A DNA stretch of 64,000 nt from Candidatus Oxydemutatoraceae bacterium (GTDB lineage: Bacteria; Pseudomonadota; Gammaproteobacteria; Poriferisulfidales; Oxydemutatoraceae): the NCBI GenBank assembly GCA_965219575.1, contig OZ244779.1, positions 1,772,769-1,836,768 of the forward strand. Direction: 5' to 3'. The notes below the pieces were generated by a model. That model saw nothing but the letters and a program-made list of their open reading frames with translations. It did not search any database and had not been told where the DNA came from. A program made the translations under genes and the position numbers. Positions 42,705-51,178 of this stretch are shown here, piece after piece; position 1 is the stretch's first letter, and the number at the start of each line of letters is the position of its first letter.

Positions 42705-44319
42705 ATTAACCGGCGGCAAGATTTACGATCCGCTCAACGGGGTCGACGGTACGGTTGCCGATCTTTATATAAAAGATGGAAGAATTATTCCGCCTCCGAA
42801 CGACACCGACAAATATACCGTATACGATATCGCCGGCAGCGTAGTGATGCCGGGGGCAATCGATATACATACGCATATCGGCGGCGGCAAAGTCAATATC
42901 GCCCGCTGTATGATGAACGATGTACACGGAGCAGGCTGCGAAGGCGATGCGCTCGACACTCACAATGCCGGTATCCGCTATGCCGAGATGGGATACACCG
43001 CCGGTTTCGAGCCGGCAATGCTCGCTTGCAATGCGCGGCAAGCGCACTTGGAGATGGCCGATACACCCTGCGTCGATACCGGTGCTTATATCATGGTCGG
43101 AAATACCGATTTGTTTTTGAAATTGCTGGCAACCAAAGCCGATCCCAAAACCATACGCGACTATGTCGCTTGGATGATAGACAAAACCCAAGCGATAGCG
43201 GTTAAAATAGTCAACCCCGGCGGCATCAACGCGTTCAAGTTCAATCAGCGCAAGCTCGATATAGACGAAGCCTCGGTTCCTTACGGTGTAACACCGCGTC
43301 AAATCGTGGAATGTCTGACGCGAACACTCAACGAACTCAATACACCGCACCCTTTGCATGTCCATGCCAGCAACTTGGGGGTGCCGGGAAATTATAGAAC
43401 GACGCTTGATACGATCAAGGCTGCCGACGGTTATCCGATGCATCTGACGCATATACAATTTCATAGCTACGGCACCGAGGGTGACAAACGCTTTTCGTCC
43501 GCTGCCGCCGAGATCTCCGAAGCTATCAACAACAATCCACATCTGACCACCGATGTAGGGCAGATTATGTTCGGTCAGACTGTCTCTACATCGGGAGATA
43601 ATATGATGCAATACGCACACCATCCGCATGCCTCACCGGATAAATGGACGGTGATGGATATAGAAGCCGAAGCCGGTTGTGGGGTGGTGCCGTTTCATTA
43701 CCAAGATAAAAAATTCGTCAATGCGCTACAATGGGCTATCGGCTTGGAAATTTTCCTATTAATCAAAGATCCGTGGCGTGTTTTCTTGACCACCGACCAT
43801 CCGAACGGTGCACCTTTCACGAGTTACCCGCACTTGATACGCTTACTGATGGATCGCAGTTATCGCATCGATATGTTCTCGAGATTACACCCCGAAGCCA
43901 GAAAAATGTCAACTTTAGACAGTATCAAAAGAGAATATTCTCTGTACGAAATTGCCGTAATGACCCGCGCAGCACCGGCGCGTAGTTTGGGGCTTCGCAA
44001 TAAAGGACATTTAGGGGTCGGTGCCGATGCCGATGTCGTCGTCTACATACCCTCGCAAAATGTAGAGCAGATGTTTGCACACCCGCGTTATGTATTCAAA
44101 AACGGGGAATTGATGGTCAAAGACGGCAAGGTAATAAAAATACCGCCTTCTTACACCCATGTCGTTAAACCCGAATACGACTCCGGAATTGAGAAAATTA
44201 TCAAGGCGCACTATGAAGACTATCGCACCGTCGGTTTCGAGAACAGTCAAATTAGTAATACCGAGATGGCCGAACAAATAGGCAGCCCTGTTGTCGAACA
44301 CCCATGTCGAACCCCATAG
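42694..44319 (+). CDS. fhcA: Formyltransferase/hydrolase complex subunit A (FwdA-like amidohydrolase)
   Basis: IDIHTHIGGGKVN, HPLHVHASNLGVPGN, LQWAIGLE, TTDHPNGAPF. Confidence 0.95.
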   Translation: MMIKLTGGKIYDPLNGVDGTVADLYIKDGRIIPPPNDTDKYTVYDIAGSVVMPGAIDIHTHIGGGKVNIARCMMNDVHGAGCEGDALDTHNAGIRYAEMGYTAGFEPAMLACNARQAHLEMADTPCVDTGAYIMVGNTDLFLKLLATKADPKTIRDYVAWMIDKTQAIAVKIVNPGGINAFKFNQRKLDIDEASVPYGVTPRQIVECLTRTLNELNTPHPLHVHASNLGVPGNYRTTLDTIKAADGYPMHLTHIQFHSYGTEGDKRFSSAAAEISEAINNNPHLTTDVGQIMFGQTVSTSGDNMMQYAHHPHASPDKWTVMDIEAEAGCGVVPFHYQDKKFVNALQWAIGLEIFLLIKDPWRVFLTTDHPNGAPFTSYPHLIRLLMDRSYRIDMFSRLHPEARKMSTLDSIKREYSLYEIAVMTRAAPARSLGLRNKGHLGVGADADVVVYIPSQNVEQMFAHPRYVFKNGELMVKDGKVIKIPPSYTHVVKPEYDSGIEKIIKAHYEDYRTVGFENSQISNTEMAEQIGSPVVEHPCRTP

Positions 44320-45224
44320 AAGGTATCACTATCAACGGCGTAGAAATAGAGAATACCTACGCCGAGGCTTTCGGCATGAGAGCGACCCGCATCATTATCA
44401 CTGCGATCAACTACAAATGGGCGCATTATGCGGCAAGCACGACGGTCGGTTTTGCAACTTCGGTGATAGGTTGCAATGTAGAAGCCGGTATAGAACGCCG
44501 CTATAAATCCTCCGAGACACCCGACAGCAGACCGGGCTATTCGGTTTTGCTGTTTGCGACTTCCACCGAAAGTCTAAGCGATCAACTGACGCGACGAGTC
44601 GCTCAATGCGTGCTGACCTGCCCTACCAGTGCGGTATTCTCCGGCATGGCCGGCGAGCGCAGAATTGCACTCGGACGTTATGTTCGTTATTTCGGAGACG
44701 GTTATCAGTCTTCCAAAGTGATAGGGGGAACACGCTATTGGCGGGTGCCGGTGATGGACGGCGAGTTTATCTGCGAGGACGATACCGGCGTGGCATCGGG
44801 AATCGGCGGCGGTAATTTTTTGATCTTTGCTCGCTCGTCGTCGCAAGCCCTACAGGCATGCGAAGCCGCAATCGATAGCATCTCGGACTTGCCGAATCTT
44901 GTTCTGCCGTTTCCCGGCGGCGGTGTGCGCTCGGGATCCAAGGTCGGCTCTCGCTATAAGTTCCTCGGCGCATCTACAAACGAACAGTATTGTCCTACCT
45001 TAAAAGGCATTGTTGATAGCAAACTGCGCGCCAATACCGGGGCGGTGATGGAAATCGTGATAGACGGGCTCAATGTGCAAGACATCATAGATGCGATGCG
45101 AGTCGGCATTACCGCAGTCTGCGAGTTGGGATTATCCGAGGGAATAACGACAATCTCGGCGGGCAATTACGGTGGAAATCTAGGAAAATATCAATTTCAT
45201 TTGTGGGAGATTATAGGCGCATGA
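44304..45224 (+). CDS. fhcD: Formylmethanofuran--H4MPT formyltransferase (Ftr)
   Basis: TYAEAF, GFATSVIGC..EAGIE, QCVLTCP, RSGSKVGSRY, SAGNYGGNLG. Confidence 0.95.
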   Translation: MSNPIEGITINGVEIENTYAEAFGMRATRIIITAINYKWAHYAASTTVGFATSVIGCNVEAGIERRYKSSETPDSRPGYSVLLFATSTESLSDQLTRRVAQCVLTCPTSAVFSGMAGERRIALGRYVRYFGDGYQSSKVIGGTRYWRVPVMDGEFICEDDTGVASGIGGGNFLIFARSSSQALQACEAAIDSISDLPNLVLPFPGGGVRSGSKVGSRYKFLGASTNEQYCPTLKGIVDSKLRANTGAVMEIVIDGLNVQDIIDAMRVGITAVCELGLSEGITTISAGNYGGNLGKYQFHLWEIIGA

Positions 45225-46036
45225 GACTCACATTAACATCTTCTCCGACAATGCGCATCAATGCCGAGACGCTCACACCCGATTATTGCAATAGCCTCTC
45301 CGCCGAGCAACTGGCGAAGCAAACACTACCGAGTTCGGAAGGCGATATTGCAGTAGGCGACTTATTCAACATAGAAGAGGACTCAAGCAGAAGTTTATTG
45401 ATTAGCGGTGACTGCACCCAGTTCGATTATGTGGGTGCAAAAATGAAAGCAAACCAGATCAAAGTGGAAGGTTCGGTAGGCGATTATGCGGCAGCCGCTT
45501 TGGACGGCGGACAGTTGGAAATTACCGGTGATGTCGGTCACTATACCGCATGTGGCATGTCCGGCGGCACCGTCATCGTCGAGGGCAATGCCGGCGATGC
45601 AACCGGCGGTGCTTCTATAGGTGCGGTGCAGGGAATGTCCGGTGGCACCGTACTAATCATGGGTGATGCCGGTGATCGTACCGCCAATTTGATGCGTCGC
45701 GGTCTGATCGTCGTGCGCGGCAACAACGGAGACTACGGTGCGACACACATGAAAGCCGGCAACCTCGTCGTGCTCAAACAAAACGGCAGTCGCTGTGCTT
45801 ACGGTATGCATCGCGGCACCGTGCTACTCGGCGATGCGAGTTCCGCCGAGAAGCTCGGCGATACCTTCATCGGTCAACCCTCTAATTACAATATGGATTT
45901 TTTGATACTACTTTACAAGCATATCGGTCAACTGGTGCCGGCGTTTCAAAACCTCCCCCGCAAGAAGTTAATCCGAAGATACATCGGCGATTTCGCCGTC
46001 GGTGGTAAGGGTGAGGTGTTGGTGCCTTATGCTTAG
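45221..46036 (+). CDS. fhcC: Formyltransferase/hydrolase complex subunit C (FwdC-like)
   Basis: GxxMxGG beta-helix repeats, MRRGLIVV, GD...GGKGE; ATG overlaps the fhcD stop. Confidence 0.92.
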   Translation: MRLTLTSSPTMRINAETLTPDYCNSLSAEQLAKQTLPSSEGDIAVGDLFNIEEDSSRSLLISGDCTQFDYVGAKMKANQIKVEGSVGDYAAAALDGGQLEITGDVGHYTACGMSGGTVIVEGNAGDATGGASIGAVQGMSGGTVLIMGDAGDRTANLMRRGLIVVRGNNGDYGATHMKAGNLVVLKQNGSRCAYGMHRGTVLLGDASSAEKLGDTFIGQPSNYNMDFLILLYKHIGQLVPAFQNLPRKKLIRRYIGDFAVGGKGEVLVPYA

Positions 46037-46059
46037 TAGAACGGCTGTGCAGACATGCC

Positions 46060-46360
46060 GGGGCTGTTGAAAAATACCGTTTGGCACGGATAATGTTTTT
46101 ATACGCAGTTTATACACAAAATTTAAGTTTACCTACCGTAGGGGCAGACTAACATGTCTGCCCGTAACGAATTGCTCCTGCATGATTTATACATTTATTC
46201 ATCCAATTTATGGAAACCAAAACCAAATGGCGCAAGCGGTTGAGGCTGTGCAGAACGGCAATTTAGGGCGGACATACAAGTCCGCCCTACAGTTGGTTTG
46301 CGTAATTAGATGGCGCAAGCGGTTGCAGTTGTGCAAAAACAGTACTTTTTCAACAGTCCC
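46060..46360. mobile_element. MITE/REPIN-like repeat, copy E (complete, no nested insert)
   Basis: GGGGCTGTTGAAAAA ... TTTTTCAACAGTCCC; GTAGGGGCAGAC-N6-GTCTGCCC and GGGCGGAC-N6-GTCCGCCCCTAC in inverted orientation; between convergent genes. Confidence 0.88.
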
Positions 46361-46395
46361 ACGCTACAACTACCTCGTCGGGGGAATGGTTCGTG

Positions 46396-47091
46396 TTACT
46401 CTTTCTCACTCTTGAGTTCCATCACGACATCTACCAGCACCGCAATAATCAAATTTAAGATAGTAACAGAACCGATTGCAATAAAGCTATAAAGGTATAT
46501 CCACGCCCACCAGTGCACCGCTTGCAACGGCAGAAATACCTGTTCCCAACTCGATAGTGTGAGTACTTGGGTTAGTGTGAATAAAGCGGTTGCAATATCC
46601 TTCCAGCGTTCCGGGTCGGTGAACTCGAACAGCAACGAACCCGCCGCTGCGTAGATATACATAATGATGAACAGCAACAGACTCGTATAAAGTATACGCG
46701 GCAAAGATTTGAGCAAACATTCAATGAGTACTTTTAATTCCGGCATCACCGAGATAATACGCAGTACTCTAAAGATACGCAGTAAGCGTGCGATTAATAC
46801 CGAAGGACCCGGGCCTATGGGAACCAAAGAAACCGCAACGACAACCGTATCGAATACATTCCAGCCGTCTCGGAAAAAAGTTTTTTTATGCGGTTCACCG
46901 ACAAAACGGATTATGATTTCAATCAAAAAGAAAATTGTCACGCTTTGGCTCAATGCCGAAATAATAACTTTGTATCTATCCTCCAGATTAAAAGTGTCGG
47001 CACCGATCAACAAAGCCGAGGCAATGATTAGTGCCACGACGATTATTTGAAAAGTTTTGCTCTCTCGGATGCTGTTAAATAAAACGACCAT
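46396..47091 (-). CDS. Bacterial voltage-gated cation (BacNav-type) channel
   Basis: Six hydrophobic segments, GWNVFD, S4 RLLRIFRVLR, pore TLSSWE, S6 LNLIIAV. Confidence 0.9.
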   Translation of the reverse strand: MVVLFNSIRESKTFQIIVVALIIASALLIGADTFNLEDRYKVIISALSQSVTIFFLIEIIIRFVGEPHKKTFFRDGWNVFDTVVVAVSLVPIGPGPSVLIARLLRIFRVLRIISVMPELKVLIECLLKSLPRILYTSLLLFIIMYIYAAAGSLLFEFTDPERWKDIATALFTLTQVLTLSSWEQVFLPLQAVHWWAWIYLYSFIAIGSVTILNLIIAVLVDVVMELKSEKE

Positions 47092-47165
47092 TTTTTCTGT
47101 TTAAGGTGATTAGCGGTATAATATCGCAAATTAGTTAAATTTCAAATATAACAACGGAGGAAATT

Positions 47166-47438
47166 ATGCCCAAATACATTATAGAAAGAGATATCCCCGG
47201 TGCGGGTAATTTATCGGCAGATGAACTACAGGGCATCTCACAGAAATCATGCGGTATTCTAAAAAGCATGGGACCACAAATTCAGTGGGTTGAAAGCCAA
47301 GTAACCGCCGACAAAGTCTATTGCACCTATATCGCACCCGATATAGAAAGCATCAAGAAGCACGCCGAAGAGGGTGGCTTTCCTGCAAATAAAATTTCCG
47401 AGATCAAAACAACCATAGATCCGACTACTGCGGAATAG
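47166..47438 (+). CDS. DUF4242-family small protein
   Basis: MPKYIIERDIPGAG..QIQWVES.V..DK.YC.Y.AP..HA..GFPA; GGAGG RBS. Confidence 0.8.
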   Translation: MPKYIIERDIPGAGNLSADELQGISQKSCGILKSMGPQIQWVESQVTADKVYCTYIAPDIESIKKHAEEGGFPANKISEIKTTIDPTTAE

Positions 47439-47453
47439 CCGGCGATTTCGCCT

Positions 47454-47729
47454 TCATCTAAAAATACAACCGCTATTCGTAACGGTGACAGTAAAACCTT
47501 CCATGTCGCGCATCACATCCGCGACTTGGAAGGTTTCTATTTGGCTTGCTGATTGCTCGTCGTCTAATCCTTCAAAAGCCTCATCAAGTACCAACAAATT
47601 GAATTGTCCCTCCTCGCACGATACTTTATAACCCCAACCGTGCTCCTCGGGTACTTCGGTAGTGTATATTTCGGCACCTACAAAGTGCCGCTCTAAATAC
47701 GCTTTCACTATTTCTGTTTGCTTAGTCAT
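47454..47729 (-). CDS. Hypothetical acidic protein (91 aa)
   Basis: Free-standing ORF with protein-like composition; no motif recognised. Confidence 0.6.
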   Translation of the reverse strand: MTKQTEIVKAYLERHFVGAEIYTTEVPEEHGWGYKVSCEEGQFNLLVLDEAFEGLDDEQSASQIETFQVADVMRDMEGFTVTVTNSGCIFR

Positions 47730-47930
47730 TTTATTGCCCCGACTTGTCTGCCGATTGCAGAATGTTAAATCTGCCGCTACAGATACCTAGTATACACACC
47801 CGCTATAACCATTCGTCGGATATTTGCTACCGCTCATTGAATTTAGTAAAGCCACATATTTCGAAAAAGGATACCCTGTGACTGATTTGCTATAAGGCAT
47901 CAATTTACATATAATTCAGAGGAGAAGACA

Positions 47931-48158
47931 ATGAACACAGTAATATCGTTATTAGAAAAAATCCCCGGTGCCTCTAATGAGGAAGTTTTAGAGGTTGCTA
48001 CCAAATTGCGCAGAACCGATGATTTGGTAGCTCATAAAGATTTAGAAACGATCATAGCGAAACTAGAAGCACGACTGATCAAGCAGATGTATGCTGTGGG
48101 CGGAGTAACCGTTGCAATAACGCTCACAGGTGTCGGATTGATGATCCAGTTTTTATGA
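47931..48158 (+). CDS. Small coiled-coil + C-terminal TM protein (DUF1640/CCDC90-like)
   Basis: AGGAG RBS; LVAHKDL..LEARLIK followed by a hydrophobic tail. Confidence 0.65.
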   Translation: MNTVISLLEKIPGASNEEVLEVATKLRRTDDLVAHKDLETIIAKLEARLIKQMYAVGGVTVAITLTGVGLMIQFL

Positions 48159-48176
48159 TGAAGCAATACCATAGAA

Positions 48177-48284
48177 CCGCCGATTGAGCCAGTAGGTCAA
48201 TCGGCAATACAAAGCCGCCGATTGAGCCAGTAGGTCAATCGGCAATACAAAGCCGCCGATTGAGCCAGTAGGTCAATCGGCAAT
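48177..48284. repeat. Tandem array of a 38-bp palindromic GTAG-containing unit (about 3 copies)
   Basis: CCGCCGATTGAGCCAGTAGGTCAATCGGCAATACAAAG; GTAG at 48192, 48230 and 48268. Confidence 0.95.
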
Positions 48285-48342
48285 TATGATGTGCGCCCGA
48301 TAGGTTGATCGGCGTTACATTGTTCAGGACTACGATAATAAT

Positions 48343-48657
48343 TTAACCCATGCGTAACAACGCGATGATGACACCGGTAAAACCGGCACCTATAACACAT
48401 ATAGCCACAATGCTTTCTACATATAGCCACGATAATCTTCTCTCAACTATACCGATATGCTTTTCAACTATACCTATACGCCTCTCAACGGCATCAAAAC
48501 GAGCGTCTATTTTATCAAGGACTTCTTGCATTGACATCGATACTTGTCGGTCAATCGCACGCGCCGTTATCTCCGCTTGCGTTCTCGACATTCCTGCTTG
48601 TTCCAATTCGTGCATCGTGTTAAAAGTCTCCGTGCTTCGGTTGATCGTTGTATTCAT
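48343..48657 (-). CDS. Small coiled-coil + C-terminal TM protein (DUF1640/CCDC90-like)
   Basis: AAGGAG RBS; FNT..LEQAGMSRTQAE, heptads VERRIGI/VEKHIGI/VERRLSW, TM tail. Confidence 0.72.
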   Translation of the reverse strand: MNTTINRSTETFNTMHELEQAGMSRTQAEITARAIDRQVSMSMQEVLDKIDARFDAVERRIGIVEKHIGIVERRLSWLYVESIVAICVIGAGFTGVIIALLRMG

Positions 48658-48962
48658 TTTTACTCCTTTGAATTATATGTTAATCAATGCCCTAGAGCAA
48701 ACTAAGGGATAGCCTATCTCACCCTGTAGCACGATTTTCCTAATTTTGATGAACAGCCCTAAATACCCGACGAACGGTTTTATATAAAGGGAATGTAGGA
48801 CATAGGGGTTACTTTACGGTTTTAACAACCTAAAAGTAGCTTTCGTCGGAAATTTGCTACCGTTCACCGGAAATATAACAAAGTACTTCTTTTATAGGTC
48901 AAAATCGGACTAATCTTTGTTATTCAAGTTTATAAGTCAAACGATTAGGAGGAATTATTAAC

Positions 48963-51068
48963 ATGATGGAAACTTTCAGATCTAAAACAGATACTATCAT
49001 CGAGGTACCGCAAGATTGGGTTGCTTTGTATGTAAAAGAGAATCCCGAAGCTATGGAGATATTAAACACGCATAAAATCTATAACGATGTTTCATATCTC
49101 AATGCCGAGCGTGGATTAGATCCGATTACTCGACAAAAACTGAGCATATTTAGGATACGCCATTTAGCCGATAAAAACCGCAGAAACCCGTGTGCGATTG
49201 CCCGCGCCGCATCGCCGTGGTGGGCGAAACAAAGACTGACCAGCACAAATACCACGCTTAGAATCTATAAAGTTTTGCAAACAAAGAATATACAAACAGT
49301 TGAAGATCTAGCCGCTTGGACAACCGAAAAATTGCACGAGCAAACACCTTTCGGCTACAAAACTTTATACAACCTCTGCATTTTCTTAAATAAAATCATC
49401 GGCGATAATCCGATAGCCGACAAAAAACAAACTCGGGATGGTGATATTGACGACGCGCTTATACGCGACGCAATAGCCGAACCGGACAAACTCAAACAGC
49501 TGATGAAAATACTGCACTACACAGATAACTGCAAAGATCCGTGTAAGTTGGCGCGTTTGGCTCTACCGTGGTTGGGCAAATGGAAGCTGATAGACACAAA
49601 CTTTCCCAAAGCACCTATAGAAGTTATGAGGAGAGACGGTATCGAAACAATCTCGGATCTTGCAACATGCTCCCCGGAAAGATTACTCGGCAAGAGAATG
49701 TTCGGGCGTAAGTCTCTGCACATTATTCTAAATTGCTTAAATACCGCACTGCTCGGAAAGCTAATATCCGATATAGATTATCCGGCAAATGTCGATTTGA
49801 TACCGAACTCGAAGGTCTCTATACACCTTAGGCTCGGCTTCATTGAAAATCTAAGATGTTTTTTGTCTTCGCTCTATCCCGTTGATCTCTATATTTTTAC
49901 GCGTCGGACGGCATTTGAAGCTACATTTCAAACTATACAAAAAATTTCGGATACCTGCGGCAAGTCGATCGTATATGTCACTTTAAGCCAAGCTGCGATG
50001 ATAAAGAATTTTAGGAATTCTCTCTTAGGGCATATCTTCAGGCAAAAAATCATACGGCTATCGGAGGAGGCCGATTTTCCATTGTCTTTAGATCAAATAG
50101 AAACTATGGATCTATGGTTCAGCGGCATCCACTCGCATCGAACATTTTTCGGAAATCTAATCGGCGCAGTGAATGAGCGCGGTATACGCGTCGTTAAAAT
50201 CGGCAACAAATATTATCTCGGTTCGATTGAGCAGTTGGTTTGGAAGCGTACCGTAGAGGCGGCGAAAGCATTATTATCTTCGTCCGTAGACAAAGGGTGG
50301 AGTGAGACCGAAGCCTTTTTACGGGTGCAAAGATTGTTGCCCGACGGTGCCAAGCAATTCAAAAATCTATTGTGGGATTATGCCTCCGATTTATGCTACT
50401 TTAAAATTAATCCCGACGGTACGCGCACATTGATAGACTACGGGAAAGGACTGCACAAAACTATCAAAGTAATCCTTTCCGAATCCGATTCGCCGATGCA
50501 CTACGATGAAATCATCAAGGCGATAAAACTTAAGCTGGGGCTAAATCTGACTATGCTACAAGTATGTCCGGCGGCAAATAGTGTCGGTCTTGCCTTTAGA
50601 AAGGGGCTGTACGGTCTTGACAAACATATACCTTTCTCCGACAAACAGATTGCTCGTATCTGTCGTGCAGCCGAATCTATCGTCTACGCCGATAGGGCAA
50701 AAAAGCAGTGGCATTGTTTTGAAATACTCTCTAAATTGCCGGAACAAGCCGATGAGACCTTCGACAAGTTAGATATCCGTTTGCTAAACATCGTGCTTTC
50801 TAAATCCCGGAGATTGAGCTATCTTAACAGAATGGTCTGGACAACGACCGAAGGTTACAACAAAGGAGAAAAACGTCTGAACAAAACTCAAGCAATCATC
50901 GCTATGATCAAAAATGCCGGACATCCGTTGACGGGAAGCGAAATCAAAGCGCGATTACAAAAAGTAACCGGTGTCAATAAAATTTTGCATATACCGAAGC
51001 ATCCGTCTTTAATTCGCATCGCACCCGGTGTTTGGGATGTTAAGGACAAGGATGTACCGAATAGTTAG
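48963..51068 (+). CDS. Putative nucleic-acid-binding protein with two RNAP alpha-CTD-like repeats, a degenerate sigma-region-4-like HTH and winged-helix domains
   Basis: NIQTVEDL..L....FG.KTL and GIETISDL..LL...FGRKSL; PMHYDEI and HPLTGSEI wHTH-like motifs; AGGAGG RBS. Confidence 0.7.
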   Translation: MMETFRSKTDTIIEVPQDWVALYVKENPEAMEILNTHKIYNDVSYLNAERGLDPITRQKLSIFRIRHLADKNRRNPCAIARAASPWWAKQRLTSTNTTLRIYKVLQTKNIQTVEDLAAWTTEKLHEQTPFGYKTLYNLCIFLNKIIGDNPIADKKQTRDGDIDDALIRDAIAEPDKLKQLMKILHYTDNCKDPCKLARLALPWLGKWKLIDTNFPKAPIEVMRRDGIETISDLATCSPERLLGKRMFGRKSLHIILNCLNTALLGKLISDIDYPANVDLIPNSKVSIHLRLGFIENLRCFLSSLYPVDLYIFTRRTAFEATFQTIQKISDTCGKSIVYVTLSQAAMIKNFRNSLLGHIFRQKIIRLSEEADFPLSLDQIETMDLWFSGIHSHRTFFGNLIGAVNERGIRVVKIGNKYYLGSIEQLVWKRTVEAAKALLSSSVDKGWSETEAFLRVQRLLPDGAKQFKNLLWDYASDLCYFKINPDGTRTLIDYGKGLHKTIKVILSESDSPMHYDEIIKAIKLKLGLNLTMLQVCPAANSVGLAFRKGLYGLDKHIPFSDKQIARICRAAESIVYADRAKKQWHCFEILSKLPEQADETFDKLDIRLLNIVLSKSRRLSYLNRMVWTTTEGYNKGEKRLNKTQAIIAMIKNAGHPLTGSEIKARLQKVTGVNKILHIPKHPSLIRIAPGVWDVKDKDVPNS

Positions 51069-51178
51069 CTTTTCCTCGGTAGCGTATTCATATTTTGATT
51101 ACCGCCGTATCGCGGGATTGTGGTTTCCATCGATTAAAGCGATTCTATTTTGCTCGCACAAGGTATAATTTACCTACG

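Noticed and set aside
42706-43629. 307-aa minus-strand ORF
   Set aside because: Antisense to the well-supported fhcA
48177-48284. Mini CRISPR array
   Set aside because: The intervening 6 bp are identical and far too short for spacers; the repeat also occurs dispersed inside REPs
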